From: an uncultured bacterium
GTDB lineage: Bacteria > Babelota > Babeliae > Babelales > RVW-14
Length of the DNA stretch: 64,000 nt
NCBI GenBank assembly: GCA_963759805.1
Contig: CAVXAT010000001.1
Span: 256,001 to 320,000, forward strand
Reading direction: 5' to 3'
Below the pieces are notes generated by a model. The model was not told where the DNA came from, did not search any database, and saw only the letters and a program-made list of their open reading frames with translations. The first letter of the stretch is position 1; each line of letters begins with the position of its first letter. The position numbers were made by a program, and so were the translations under genes. Positions 37,773-47,657 of this stretch are shown here, piece by piece.

Positions 37773-38894
37773 ATGACCGGAAAATTTATAGCATCCCAAA
37801 GAGATTTGTTATCTCTACTGGCATCAATGCAGCCAATTTGTAGTAAAAGAACCACGCTTGATGTTACAGAATCTATTCTTTTTCAAATCACTCCGCGCGA
37901 GCTGACTCTTAAGGCAACCGATCTGGAGATTAGCTTGCAATCAAGTATGGCAATTGAAAGTGATGTTTTGGAAACAAGTAGCTTTTTGATTTCTGGAAAG
38001 CGTATTTTCGAATTGGTCAAAGAACTTGACGGCGAAATCGAGTTTAATGTCAATCAAAATCAGATTAGTCTAAAATCCGGAGGGGTTGATCTTTCCCTTA
38101 ATATTAGAGATGCGCAGGAGTTTCCACCATTTCCTGAACGCATCGAAAATCTAATGGATTTCAAAGCATCATTTATTTTGGACATGATTAGTAAAGTCTC
38201 TTTTGTTATTCCTCAAAATAATTCTAATCCGGCGTTGAATGGGATGTTGCTTGAGATTAATCCAAAAGAGATGAGTATGATTGCAACGGATGGACATAGC
38301 CTTGCTCATGTGACAACAACAAAGTACTCATTGGCTGAAGAAAAAAAATGGTTACTCCCAAAACGTGCAGTAATGGAGATAAAAAAACTTTTCGAAAATT
38401 CAGGTATTGAAGATAGTATCTTTCTTGGAACATGTGGAAATCAACTTGTGTTCTCCGGAAAAAACTTCAATTTTTTCACCAAACTTATCTCTGATGCATT
38501 TCCTGCGTATAAACCCGTTTTGGAAAAAGATGGCTTTTTACCTGCAACAGTGGTAAAAGATTCTCTGCTTAAAACGTTGAAACGTACAAGTTGCTTACTT
38601 GCAGGTCAGTTTGTTTCCACAACTTTCAGGTTTATTCCTGGAACGCTAAAGGTTAACATGCTAAATAAAGAGGTTGGAAAACTTGATGAAGATTTGACAA
38701 TGGATGACTTTTCAGGCGGGGAGATAGAGAGCCGTTTTTATGCTCCATACATCTTGAATGGATTACAAGGTTTCCCTGAAAAGAGCCTGCAGTTCTTTAT
38801 TAAAAATGGTGCTCGTCCGATTATTTTTGAAACAAAGGATGATAACTTTATTCAAACTTATCTTGTAATGCCTGTTTCGATTTCGCAGAGTTAA
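37773..38894 (+). CDS. dnaN: DNA polymerase III beta clamp
   Basis: ATDLEI, IATDGH and terminal LVMPV. Confidence 0.95.
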   Translation: MTGKFIASQRDLLSLLASMQPICSKRTTLDVTESILFQITPRELTLKATDLEISLQSSMAIESDVLETSSFLISGKRIFELVKELDGEIEFNVNQNQISLKSGGVDLSLNIRDAQEFPPFPERIENLMDFKASFILDMISKVSFVIPQNNSNPALNGMLLEINPKEMSMIATDGHSLAHVTTTKYSLAEEKKWLLPKRAVMEIKKLFENSGIEDSIFLGTCGNQLVFSGKNFNFFTKLISDAFPAYKPVLEKDGFLPATVVKDSLLKTLKRTSCLLAGQFVSTTFRFIPGTLKVNMLNKEVGKLDEDLTMDDFSGGEIESRFYAPYILNGLQGFPEKSLQFFIKNGARPIIFETKDDNFIQTYLVMPVSISQS

Positions 38895-38906
38895 GAGCAA
38901 TTAACT

Positions 38907-40007
38907 GTGCATATCAAAAAACTTAAGTTGCGTAATTTCAGATGTTTCTCTGAAAAAGAGGTTGAATTTGATGAAAAAGTTGTTGTTATAAAAGGCAAGA
39001 ACGGTTCAGGGAAAAGTTCTATTCTTGAAGCATTGCATTACTGCTGCTACCTCAGATCTTTTCGTACTCATCTAAATCGTGAGTTGGTTAAAATTGATCA
39101 AGATTATTTTTTTATTGAGCTTGATGTTGAAAACAGTCAGATGACTAGTCAGATTCAAGTTGGTTTTGGTAATGAGCAGGGCAAACTTGTAAAACATAAC
39201 CAAAAGCCGATTAATTCCTATCGAGAGCTCATTTCTCAATACAGAGCCGTATCTCTCTGCGCAGATGACATTATTGTGGTTTCGGGGGCGCCTGAATTTA
39301 GACGTGCCTTGATGAATTACTCAACCTTACTTTTAACCCCTGACTTATACGCCGTTTTCAGGCGTTATAATCAGGTATTGGAGCAGCGAAACAGCCTTCT
39401 TAGGCAGATAAAATTAGGCATGTCAGTTACACCGGCATTGACGGATGAGCTTTTGATTTGGTCAGAGAAGCTCTGGGTGGGAACAGTTGCTTTACAGAGG
39501 GTACGTTTAGATTATCTGAGTATGTTGGAAAATCGGGTAAACCGTCTACTGAAAAGTTATTTTGATGTACCGGAGTCTGATTTTCAGATAAAGTTTTCTT
39601 ACATGCAAAAAAACAGTGCAGGGGAGTCTGATACCTTTGAAGATTTTTGGAAAGAGTATGCAGTAAAAGACAGCCAGAAGATGGAGAATGCCCTAGGACG
39701 AAGTTTTTATGGTGCGCATTTGGATGACTTTGTAATTAATTTTTATGGAAAGAAGGCCAAGATTTATGCATCCCGGGGACAGCAAAAGTTAATTATCTTC
39801 TTAATCAAAATAGCTCAATTAGATTGCATGGAGCAAGCAGGGATCCCAGGTGTACTGCTTTTGGATGATTTTTTGACCGATTTTGATCAGCAGAATTTGA
39901 GAAGGGGGATTAATCTTTTAAACGAAAAAGACTTTCAGGTTTTTATAACTAGTCCTATTGCTCTTGATGTTTTCGACTTTAAACAAGCCCTTTTTGTTGA
40001 AATTTAA
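38907..40007 (+). CDS. recF: DNA replication/repair protein RecF
   Basis: GKNGSGKSSILEA, RSFRT, GAHLDD, ASRGQQK and LLLDD. Confidence 0.95.
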   Translation: MHIKKLKLRNFRCFSEKEVEFDEKVVVIKGKNGSGKSSILEALHYCCYLRSFRTHLNRELVKIDQDYFFIELDVENSQMTSQIQVGFGNEQGKLVKHNQKPINSYRELISQYRAVSLCADDIIVVSGAPEFRRALMNYSTLLLTPDLYAVFRRYNQVLEQRNSLLRQIKLGMSVTPALTDELLIWSEKLWVGTVALQRVRLDYLSMLENRVNRLLKSYFDVPESDFQIKFSYMQKNSAGESDTFEDFWKEYAVKDSQKMENALGRSFYGAHLDDFVINFYGKKAKIYASRGQQKLIIFLIKIAQLDCMEQAGIPGVLLLDDFLTDFDQQNLRRGINLLNEKDFQVFITSPIALDVFDFKQALFVEI

Positions 40008-40339
40008 TATTTTGCATGTTTTGAATTTGACTTTATTAGAATTTAGTTTAGCATCAATGCTCCAGTTTAAAGTAGCTTAATTAAAAGCGACTTAATTAGA
40101 CGAAATTGACATTTTTTGTAGCAAAATTGGCTTTTATGATCATTATTTATAAATAAATTTCATATTTGAAAAGTTAATGATTAATTCTTTTTCATGAAAG
40201 CAAATAAAAAAAGAGCTTGATTTTCTTGTAGAATCAGTTAGATTGAATACAGTAATTGAAAGTTATAGTGGATAAGTATCCAAAAGATAAAAAACAAAAA
40301 TTTTAATAGACTTCATTACTACTCTCCTTTCTCCTTTTT

Positions 40340-40372
40340 CCGCCATGTAATTTATTACATGGCGGTTGTTTT
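40340..40372 (+). terminator. Intrinsic terminator-like hairpin in intergenic DNA
   Basis: CCGCCATGTAA-TTTA-TTACATGGCGG followed by TTGTTTT. Confidence 0.7.
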
Positions 40373-40695
40373 GTGTATTCTATTTCATCTGAAAACTCCG
40401 AAAATAGCTTTTATAGTTTTGCACAAAAATCTCATGTAAAGCGCAAACCAGCTTACAAATGATAAAAACGCTTAGGCATTTCCTCTTTTGGGTTTAAAAT
40501 AATTTGTTTTTCATTTTTAATTATATGTCGTTTGATTGGTTTGGATAGAATGTAATTGTAAGGGATCGTGTGACTGGTTGGGATAGCTATGCAATTAATG
40601 GTCTGTTTAATCTATCCTTTTCAATAAAGATTCGAAGGTTTAATTGCTGTTACGCGACGTCAGTCGCAGTAACTCAATTAAAATTTAGATCCATT

Positions 40696-40723
40696 TTTTA
40701 ACATAATAATCATTATCAGACGT
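40696..40723 (-). other. dif site (XerCD chromosome dimer resolution)
   Basis: Minus strand ACGTCTGATAA-TGATTA-TTATGTTAAAA has 11-6-11 geometry; the XerD arm matches E. coli TTATGTTAAAT at 10 of 11 positions. Confidence 0.85.
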
Positions 40724-40969
40724 CACTTGTCAAGCATAATTCCCATTTAATCAAACTGCCTTCTCAATCAGGGCTCAGAATTTAAGAATGTTGACCTCGG
40801 GAATTATGTGCAAATATTTCTAAGAATTACGAGGCAAACCTCAAAGAATTGCTCCTGGACGATTAAAATTTCAACTTTTTACTCGTTTTTTGCACCTCTT
40901 TGACAGACAATACCATCTGGTTTATAATTATTTTCTATTAGAACAAAACAAGATTTAGGGGGGTATTCC

Positions 40970-42352
40970 ATGTCAAAAAAACTATTCTTTGTGCTTACTG
41001 CCACGCTCATCCTTCAAGCTGCATCACCCTTGATGGGCGCAGCGGTATCACCCCAACAGATCCCAACCGAAGCCGCAACCATCTGGGATACCTTTATAGC
41101 TGCTCTAGAAGCAACACCAACCAATGAGTGCCAGATAAGAGATCTTTTGGATAAGAACCCGGTGCTTGTGCGTGGTACGTACACTGGTCAAGACAATTGG
41201 CTCAATGGGCGGAATGCCCTCCATTTCGCTGCTCAAATAGGACGTGCGGATATAATTCGATTACTAGTCAAAACTTTTGGTATTGATCCCAGCACCACCA
41301 TCAACAATCCTAGATCTGATTGGCATGGTTTTTCAGCCCTTCACCTTGCTGCTAAAAAGGGACTGACCAACATTGTTCGTTTATTCCTTGAAACCTTCGA
41401 GCTTGATCCCAACACCCGCATTAACAATCCCCTACACCCATGGCATGGCTATACAGCCCTACATCTTGCGGCTGAAAATGGTCATGCAAGCGTTGTTCAT
41501 TTACTCATTAAAATTCACTTGGTTAATCCCATCCTACCCGTTATCAATCCAGGAGATCAAGTACATGGGGCAACAGCAATACACCTTGCTGCTGAATGTG
41601 GTCATGCAAATGTTATTCGCGAGCTTCTTGAACATGGTGTCGATCCTAAGGCCCCCATCAACAATCCTGGATCTGATTGGCATGGCTATACTGCCCTACA
41701 TCTTGCCGCTGAAAGTGGTCGGACAGCTGTTATTCGGTTACTTCTTGAACAAAAAGCTTTTCCCATCAACCCCGATGCCTTCATTAATAATCCTCGAGGC
41801 AAAGGACATGGCTATACAGCCATACTTCTTGCCACGATACATGGACATGAATCTGTTGTTCGTCTGCTCATTCAATCCTTTCGTGTTGATCCTGACATCA
41901 CTACTTTTATAGAAGGGGCGACACTCCTCCATATCGCCGCTCGATTTGGCCATGCAGACATTGCTCGTTTACTTCTTGAAGATTTTTTGGCAGACCCTAA
42001 CACCATTAATTGGGAAGGACGCACAGCCATCCACCTTGCTGCTGAATATGGCCATGAAGCCGTTATTCGCTTGCTCCTTGACCATAATGCCAATCCTAAT
42101 CTTCCCATTATCAACCCTGAACATCCACGGGATGGCTGGGCAGCCATCCACTTTGCTGCTGCAATGGGTTATGAAGCGATCGTTTGCTTGCTCCTTGATC
42201 ATAATGCCAATCCTAATCTTCCCATTATCAATCCCGAAAATGAGCATTATGGATATACCGCTCTTTCCCTCTCTATTGAATTTGGACATTTCAATATTGT
42301 AGAATTACTTCAGTTAAGACATGTAGGGATTGTGCTGCTTCAGTACACATAA
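40970..42352 (+). CDS. Ankyrin-repeat protein with signal peptide and extended repeats
   Basis: About ten GxTALHLAA repeats, most 39-42 aa long. Confidence 0.93.
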   Translation: MSKKLFFVLTATLILQAASPLMGAAVSPQQIPTEAATIWDTFIAALEATPTNECQIRDLLDKNPVLVRGTYTGQDNWLNGRNALHFAAQIGRADIIRLLVKTFGIDPSTTINNPRSDWHGFSALHLAAKKGLTNIVRLFLETFELDPNTRINNPLHPWHGYTALHLAAENGHASVVHLLIKIHLVNPILPVINPGDQVHGATAIHLAAECGHANVIRELLEHGVDPKAPINNPGSDWHGYTALHLAAESGRTAVIRLLLEQKAFPINPDAFINNPRGKGHGYTAILLATIHGHESVVRLLIQSFRVDPDITTFIEGATLLHIAARFGHADIARLLLEDFLADPNTINWEGRTAIHLAAEYGHEAVIRLLLDHNANPNLPIINPEHPRDGWAAIHFAAAMGYEAIVCLLLDHNANPNLPIINPENEHYGYTALSLSIEFGHFNIVELLQLRHVGIVLLQYT

Positions 42353-42391
42353 TTTAAAATGTGGAAAAAAAATTTTGTGGGCGCCCAGAAT

Positions 42392-42928
42392 TTAAGACCT
42401 CATCGCTCGGGCCAACACCGAACCAGGCATCCACAGACCACAAAGACTGATAGCCAAAGCATCAGTAACGTCACTTTGAACCGAAACCCCCAATTCAGAA
42501 ACTCTAGGAAACAAGCGAAAAACCATATTCGCCACCTGCTCCTTGCTCGCACCTCCAAAACCGGTAACCGCAGCTTTAACCTCACGTGGCGCAAATTCGT
42601 GCAAGATTTGTCCATGTTGATCGGCCAAAAGATATAAGACCCCTCGCAAATACCCCAACTTTAAAAATGTTTGAGCATTTTTACCCAAAAAGGATGTCTC
42701 TAGCGCTATCTCACGTACACAACATGTTGTAATTTTTTCATTAAAAAATTTATAGAAAATTCCGACACGAGTTGAAAGTGTCTGAGCCGAACTCATTTTC
42801 AAATAACCACAATCAATTAGAAACGTTTTGCCTGATTCTTTTTTTAAAATTGCATAACCGGTTACGTGAAAACCGGGATCAACTCCAAGAATAACCGAAT
42901 CACCATTCATCTCACTCTCCCCATTCAT
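42392..42928 (-). CDS. ruvC: Holliday junction resolvase
   Basis: ILGVDPG, LETSF, VKAAVTGFGGASKEQV and DVTDALAI. Confidence 0.95.
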   Translation of the reverse strand: MNGESEMNGDSVILGVDPGFHVTGYAILKKESGKTFLIDCGYLKMSSAQTLSTRVGIFYKFFNEKITTCCVREIALETSFLGKNAQTFLKLGYLRGVLYLLADQHGQILHEFAPREVKAAVTGFGGASKEQVANMVFRLFPRVSELGVSVQSDVTDALAISLCGLWMPGSVLARAMRS

Positions 42929-43002
42929 GACACTCTTAGAACCTTTTTATTCAAGGATAAAAAATAAATCTAAAAAATTGGACTGTCTACCGGAGAAATT
43001 TC

Positions 43003-44040
43003 TTAATGCTGATCAACGTTATCTTCTGCTTTAAGATCCAGACTAAAAAAACACGGTTTGTATTCCTTGTCTAAGATTTGAGCTATTAAAGATCTAATCT
43101 CGTCCTTGTTATTGAAAATGTTTGCTTGAATAAAATCCCTATTTCTCAGAATCTCGCGTAAGGTTTGCTTTTCAAATTGAGTTCGTGGTAATTTTTTCTC
43201 ATATCCCGTCTGATCTGTATCTGTTAATCCATCCATTATAATTGCAACTGAAATAAATCCAAGGCGTTCGAAGCAGTTGTTCAAACTCTGTTTATCAGCA
43301 CAATTCAAAATTCCTGCAATAGCATGAAATAGCACACATTGATTCAACCCATAGCCATATCCAAATTGATTAAGATTCTTATTTTTGTAACGATTTATAT
43401 CTAAAATGCTACGAAGTTCTATGTTACGCCTATCGATTATTTTTCGGACAGTCCCTACCCCTACTCCCTGGTTAATAACACTTAATAATTGCGCAGCCTT
43501 AAATTGAATTGCTCGATGGATATCCGCTTGGGACGGTCTTTGGGCCCAACCAACACGATAATCCTTACCGGGATCAGGTACTATGTCTTGAATAGCTGAT
43601 TTTTGCACGAAAGCCTTTGAGATAGGACTGTTTTCAACCCTTGTTATAATCGAGTAAAAGTGGTCCATATCTTGTATTTTAAAATGTTCCTCTTTGTGGG
43701 GGCAGCACTCCTGAGGGGTATTTCTTAGATAACATTCAAGAGCACACGATATGCGCATTATTGCCATGTTAAGATCGGACTCTTTACTAGGTTGTGGAAA
43801 TGAACTATTCCCATCAGCATACTCCTTTGCACCACAGTACCAATAGTATTTCAGTGAAGATTGATTTTGTTCAAAATAACAACATAAAGCCTCAATGAAA
43901 TCCATACTTTCTTGCTTCGTCAAATCCTTGTTTTTTAAATTATAGAAATTTAGAGAGCTGCAATCCATAGCATTAATCACGCTAAACAAATGAAGTATTC
44001 CACAAAACACTAACTTTTTTATCTTCAAATTTATTTTCAT
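43003..44040 (-). CDS. Hypothetical exported protein
   Basis: 345-aa ORF with signal-like N-terminus; no recognised domain. Confidence 0.7.
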   Translation of the reverse strand: MKINLKIKKLVFCGILHLFSVINAMDCSSLNFYNLKNKDLTKQESMDFIEALCCYFEQNQSSLKYYWYCGAKEYADGNSSFPQPSKESDLNMAIMRISCALECYLRNTPQECCPHKEEHFKIQDMDHFYSIITRVENSPISKAFVQKSAIQDIVPDPGKDYRVGWAQRPSQADIHRAIQFKAAQLLSVINQGVGVGTVRKIIDRRNIELRSILDINRYKNKNLNQFGYGYGLNQCVLFHAIAGILNCADKQSLNNCFERLGFISVAIIMDGLTDTDQTGYEKKLPRTQFEKQTLREILRNRDFIQANIFNNKDEIRSLIAQILDKEYKPCFFSLDLKAEDNVDQH

Positions 44041-44116
44041 CTTGGTCCTTGCATTGTTTTCATAAGTTTTTTATAACTCGATAAACATAATTTATACTTT
44101 TTAGTGATACTGGCAA

Positions 44117-45508
44117 TTACATTGGATACTCATGATCAGAAACGTCGTAAAACCGCGTTATATCGCCTCTAAATTTGACATTAAGTTGACCGGTGGGCCC
44201 GTTACGTTGCTTGCCAATGATTATCTCTGCAATATCCGGATTCTGCGTGTCTGGATTGTAGAGAATATCCCGATAAATGAAGAATATAACATCTCCGTCC
44301 TGCTCAATAGCACCTGATTCACGTAAGTCAGACAACAAAGGCCGTTTATCCATCCGACTTTCAAGCGACCGAGACAACTGCGACAGTGCTAAGACCGGAA
44401 TTCCCAACTCCTTAGCCAAAGCTTTAAGCGAACGGGATATTGCAGAAATTTCCTGTGTTCTATTTTCATGTCTTTGACTGGAACTTATCAATTGTAAATA
44501 ATCAATCACAAGAAAACTGATGTTGTACTGAGCTTTAAGCTTTCGCGCTTTTGCTCTCAATTCCAGAATATTTAGACCAGGTGAATCATCAATAAAAATT
44601 TTTGCCTCCGCCAGACTTGCCGCAGTGTTGGTTAATTCCATCCATTCGTCAGACGAGACCATTGCATTTCGAATCTTTTGGTGCGGAATCTGCGCCTCTG
44701 CTGAGAGCATACGCAAAACTAGCTGCTCCGACGACATTTCAAGCGAAAATATTCCAACCGATGAACCGCTATGCCAGGCATTTAGGGCAAAATTAAGAGC
44801 CAGAGCGGTTTTTCCCATAGAGGGACGAGCAGCCAAAATAAGTAGATCTCCATTCTGCATACCAGATGTCAACTCATCAAATTTTGCAAACCCTGAAGGA
44901 ATTCCCGTGACCCCTTCGCGAGACGATTTGACTTTGGCCAAATTTTGAAAAGTTTTCTTCAATAAGATATCAAGCTGGACAAATGTTGTCGGCGCAAGTT
45001 TATTTGAAATCTGAAAAATCTTTTTTTCTGCTGAATCAAGAACACTGTCAATCTCATCAATATCCTGATTGTAACAGGTTGTTATAATATCAGCGGCGGA
45101 ATGTATCAGATCACGCAAAACAGCTTTATCTTTAACAATTTTTGCGTGCTGCACAACAAGACCAATAGATGGAATGTCTTCCTGAAGCTCTATGAGATAG
45201 GTAATGCCCCCACAAGCATCCAGTAATTTTTTCGTATCCAGGTAATCCTGCAACACGAGCAAATCAAGTTTTTTATTAGATTGTGCCAAATCAGCAATCG
45301 CTTGATAAATAACCTGATGTTGTTTAAGCGAAAAATCGGAAGACTTTAAAATATCGGTCACTAGGGTTAAATTCTCGTCATTTAAAAGAATTGCAGCCAG
45401 TACAGCCTTTTCGGCTTCAACACTGGCCGGCAATCTTTTACCCAGCACCGATTCAGTCTGAACCGCTCTGCTTTCTTGAAAATTATCCCTGTATGCTAAC
45501 TCAGACAT
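44117..45508 (-). CDS. dnaB: Replicative DNA helicase
   Basis: AARPSMGKT, FSLEMS, IDYLQL, DLRESGAIEQD and KQRNGP. Confidence 0.98.
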   Translation of the reverse strand: MSELAYRDNFQESRAVQTESVLGKRLPASVEAEKAVLAAILLNDENLTLVTDILKSSDFSLKQHQVIYQAIADLAQSNKKLDLLVLQDYLDTKKLLDACGGITYLIELQEDIPSIGLVVQHAKIVKDKAVLRDLIHSAADIITTCYNQDIDEIDSVLDSAEKKIFQISNKLAPTTFVQLDILLKKTFQNLAKVKSSREGVTGIPSGFAKFDELTSGMQNGDLLILAARPSMGKTALALNFALNAWHSGSSVGIFSLEMSSEQLVLRMLSAEAQIPHQKIRNAMVSSDEWMELTNTAASLAEAKIFIDDSPGLNILELRAKARKLKAQYNISFLVIDYLQLISSSQRHENRTQEISAISRSLKALAKELGIPVLALSQLSRSLESRMDKRPLLSDLRESGAIEQDGDVIFFIYRDILYNPDTQNPDIAEIIIGKQRNGPTGQLNVKFRGDITRFYDVSDHEYPM

Positions 45509-45560
45509 CAAATCCCTAGTTTAAAAATCTAAAGTGCGCAATCTAATCAATTTTTGTGTG

Positions 45561-46013
45561 TCAATTCTTTGATATATCGACAACTTTTAATGTAAACTGA
45601 GGCTTTAATTTCGATGAAAGTCTTACAGTAACTTTATGTTCACCGATTGCTTTTACAGATTTATCAAATTCAACCTGTTTGCGGTTCACAATGATCTCAT
45701 TCTTTTTAAGCAACTCAACAATTTCGTCCGGTCCAACTGAACCATAAAGTTTTCCATCATCATGAGTCTTCTCTTTGATTGTGAGATGAAGAGATTTTAT
45801 TTTTTCGGCTAACATTGCCACTTTACTGTTGATGATTTCAGTTTTTTGCTTCACAGCTTCAACTTTCACCTTAAAACTTGAGGCATTTTCATCAGTCACT
45901 TGAGTGGCAAGCTTGCGAGGAAAAAGAAAATTTTTGGCATAGCCATCCGAAACATTTATCATCATTCCTGCCATACCAACATTTACAACGTCTTTGAGCA
46001 TGTACACTTTCAT
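45561..46013 (-). CDS. rplI: 50S ribosomal protein L9
   Basis: MKVYMLKDV, GYAKNFLFP and GKLYGSV. Confidence 0.96.
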   Translation of the reverse strand: MKVYMLKDVVNVGMAGMMINVSDGYAKNFLFPRKLATQVTDENASSFKVKVEAVKQKTEIINSKVAMLAEKIKSLHLTIKEKTHDDGKLYGSVGPDEIVELLKKNEIIVNRKQVEFDKSVKAIGEHKVTVRLSSKLKPQFTLKVVDISKN

Positions 46014-46100
46014 AATCAGCCCTCTTTTATTTGGGATTAATCGCATTTAACGATAAGTTTAAAAAACAGTAAACACGTGTAGAAAATTATAACAGAATGC

Positions 46101-47657
46101 CTAAAAATTTGTATCCAAGAATTTTAATTTTTCATGCCCAACGTAAATAAGTGGAATCCCACTTAAAACAGATTTCAGCCTCGCCCCATCCTGCATGATT
46201 TTTTTAAAGTAACCCATAAACCAGCTGTCATTCACGGAAAATATGATATATGCAGAATTCGCCTGGCAACCCGCTGGTTTATCCCGGCTCCCGGCATTAC
46301 ATGCCTTAACAATCCCAGAAAAAGTTTTATAACTCGAGACAAAAAACAGCTCTGAGCATATTTGTGGAATAAAAATGATCCTGCCAACTGCAGTTGGGTT
46401 TTGCGAATCCCCAATACAGTTAAATTCAAAATAATTCTCTTGTTTTAACTTTTTTGCCCTGGAGAATTGAGAAATCTCTTGGGAAAAAGCTTTATTCAAA
46501 AAAATACGTTGCAACACTTCAAGCTTTTTATAAAAACGGGGGATTTTTTCTACAAATGGCACGCAATGTTTTTTAACATAAATTTTTTTTATGCGACGTT
46601 GATTTACCCAACTCACCGCCTGACAAATTTTTCCCTTAAATTCGTGCTGTGTCCCTATGAACAGATGTGCATTGTCAGGCAGAACGCTACTCCACAGCTC
46701 AATAAACCCGGGATAGGTATTCAACGGAAAAGGAAATGAACTCTCCGGCGCAAGGATTATAAACTGCCTGTCTTCATCCCGTCTCTCCCACAACTTTAGA
46801 TCACAAAGTTTTCTGTAAATCTGATACTCATAGCTAACCGAATTTTGGTCAAAAGATGCAGTATCCGGTTTTAGATAAATAAACTCGACGCCGTCTGCTG
46901 CTGCTAGTTTGCAAGCGGGCAAGCCAGACTGATAGCCAACTCCCCTGCCAAACAAAATACCTGCAAACACACATGTTTTCGTAAATAATTCAAAATTAAC
47001 CAACGGGATTAATGGATTTAAAAACGGATAACCCTCTATTCTCCCCAAAAACCACAACGCATAATTTTCAAGCAGATAAAAATAGCAGTAGCAAGTAATA
47101 AGAAATATTGAAAATTGTGCAGCACTATAACAGTAATAGTCGCAAGAAGAGAAATAGTCGCGAACTTTTCTGAAAATTAACTGCGTAACCCAAACCCACA
47201 CAGCACTTGTAAAAGAAAAATAAGTTATGCTGAACAGATAGACAAAAATAGCAAAGCATGTGCCGGATTTTACTTTATCCAGAAGCAGAACCAATAACCA
47301 GATAAAATGGAATGAAAATACGAGCACGCCCCAAGCCAAACCGTACCAGAAAACAGAAGGCCCAAACTTGCCCGCTCGTGGTGAGTGCCGGCCGATCCCT
47401 CGATACACGCACTGCGTGCGCACTCGGGACGAGCGGCCGGTGTATCGAACCATGCGGGCATAAAATTTACTTGCGATGCTACCATTTAGCGTCTGTCCCA
47501 CTTTAATTAAAACCCAGAAAACCAAAAATAAAGAGGGCAAAACAAGAAATCCAAGATATTCAGAAGAAAAGAAAGCCACATCATAAAGAAGCGCTGAGAG
47601 TAAAATAAGTAACCATAAAAGAGATCCCGGTACCATTTTGATCTTTGGTTTCAGCAT
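46101..47657 (-). CDS. lnt: Apolipoprotein N-acyltransferase-like protein (divergent)
   Basis: N-terminal TMs plus nitrilase-fold E-K-C motifs (APESSF, YVKKHCVPFVE, QICSE) and NDSWF. Confidence 0.75.
   Translation of the reverse strand: MLKPKIKMVPGSLLWLLILLSALLYDVAFFSSEYLGFLVLPSLFLVFWVLIKVGQTLNGSIASKFYARMVRYTGRSSRVRTQCVYRGIGRHSPRAGKFGPSVFWYGLAWGVLVFSFHFIWLLVLLLDKVKSGTCFAIFVYLFSITYFSFTSAVWVWVTQLIFRKVRDYFSSCDYYCYSAAQFSIFLITCYCYFYLLENYALWFLGRIEGYPFLNPLIPLVNFELFTKTCVFAGILFGRGVGYQSGLPACKLAAADGVEFIYLKPDTASFDQNSVSYEYQIYRKLCDLKLWERRDEDRQFIILAPESSFPFPLNTYPGFIELWSSVLPDNAHLFIGTQHEFKGKICQAVSWVNQRRIKKIYVKKHCVPFVEKIPRFYKKLEVLQRIFLNKAFSQEISQFSRAKKLKQENYFEFNCIGDSQNPTAVGRIIFIPQICSELFFVSSYKTFSGIVKACNAGSRDKPAGCQANSAYIIFSVNDSWFMGYFKKIMQDGARLKSVLSGIPLIYVGHEKLKFLDTNF
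47369..47460. repeat. Nested REP-like palindromes in frame within lnt
   Basis: Outer GCCCGCTCGTGGTGAGTG...TGTATCGAACCATGCGGGC containing an inverted inner copy. Confidence 0.9.

Noticed and set aside
40008..40969. oriC in the AT-rich gap after dnaN-recF
   Set aside because: Only one near-match DnaA box was noticed (about 40267). The dif-like site, convergent genes and G-to-C skew change indicate a terminus.
46255..46425. Further palindromic insertions in the 3' part of lnt
   Set aside because: GC-rich and weakly palindromic, but not matchable to the repeat families with confidence.
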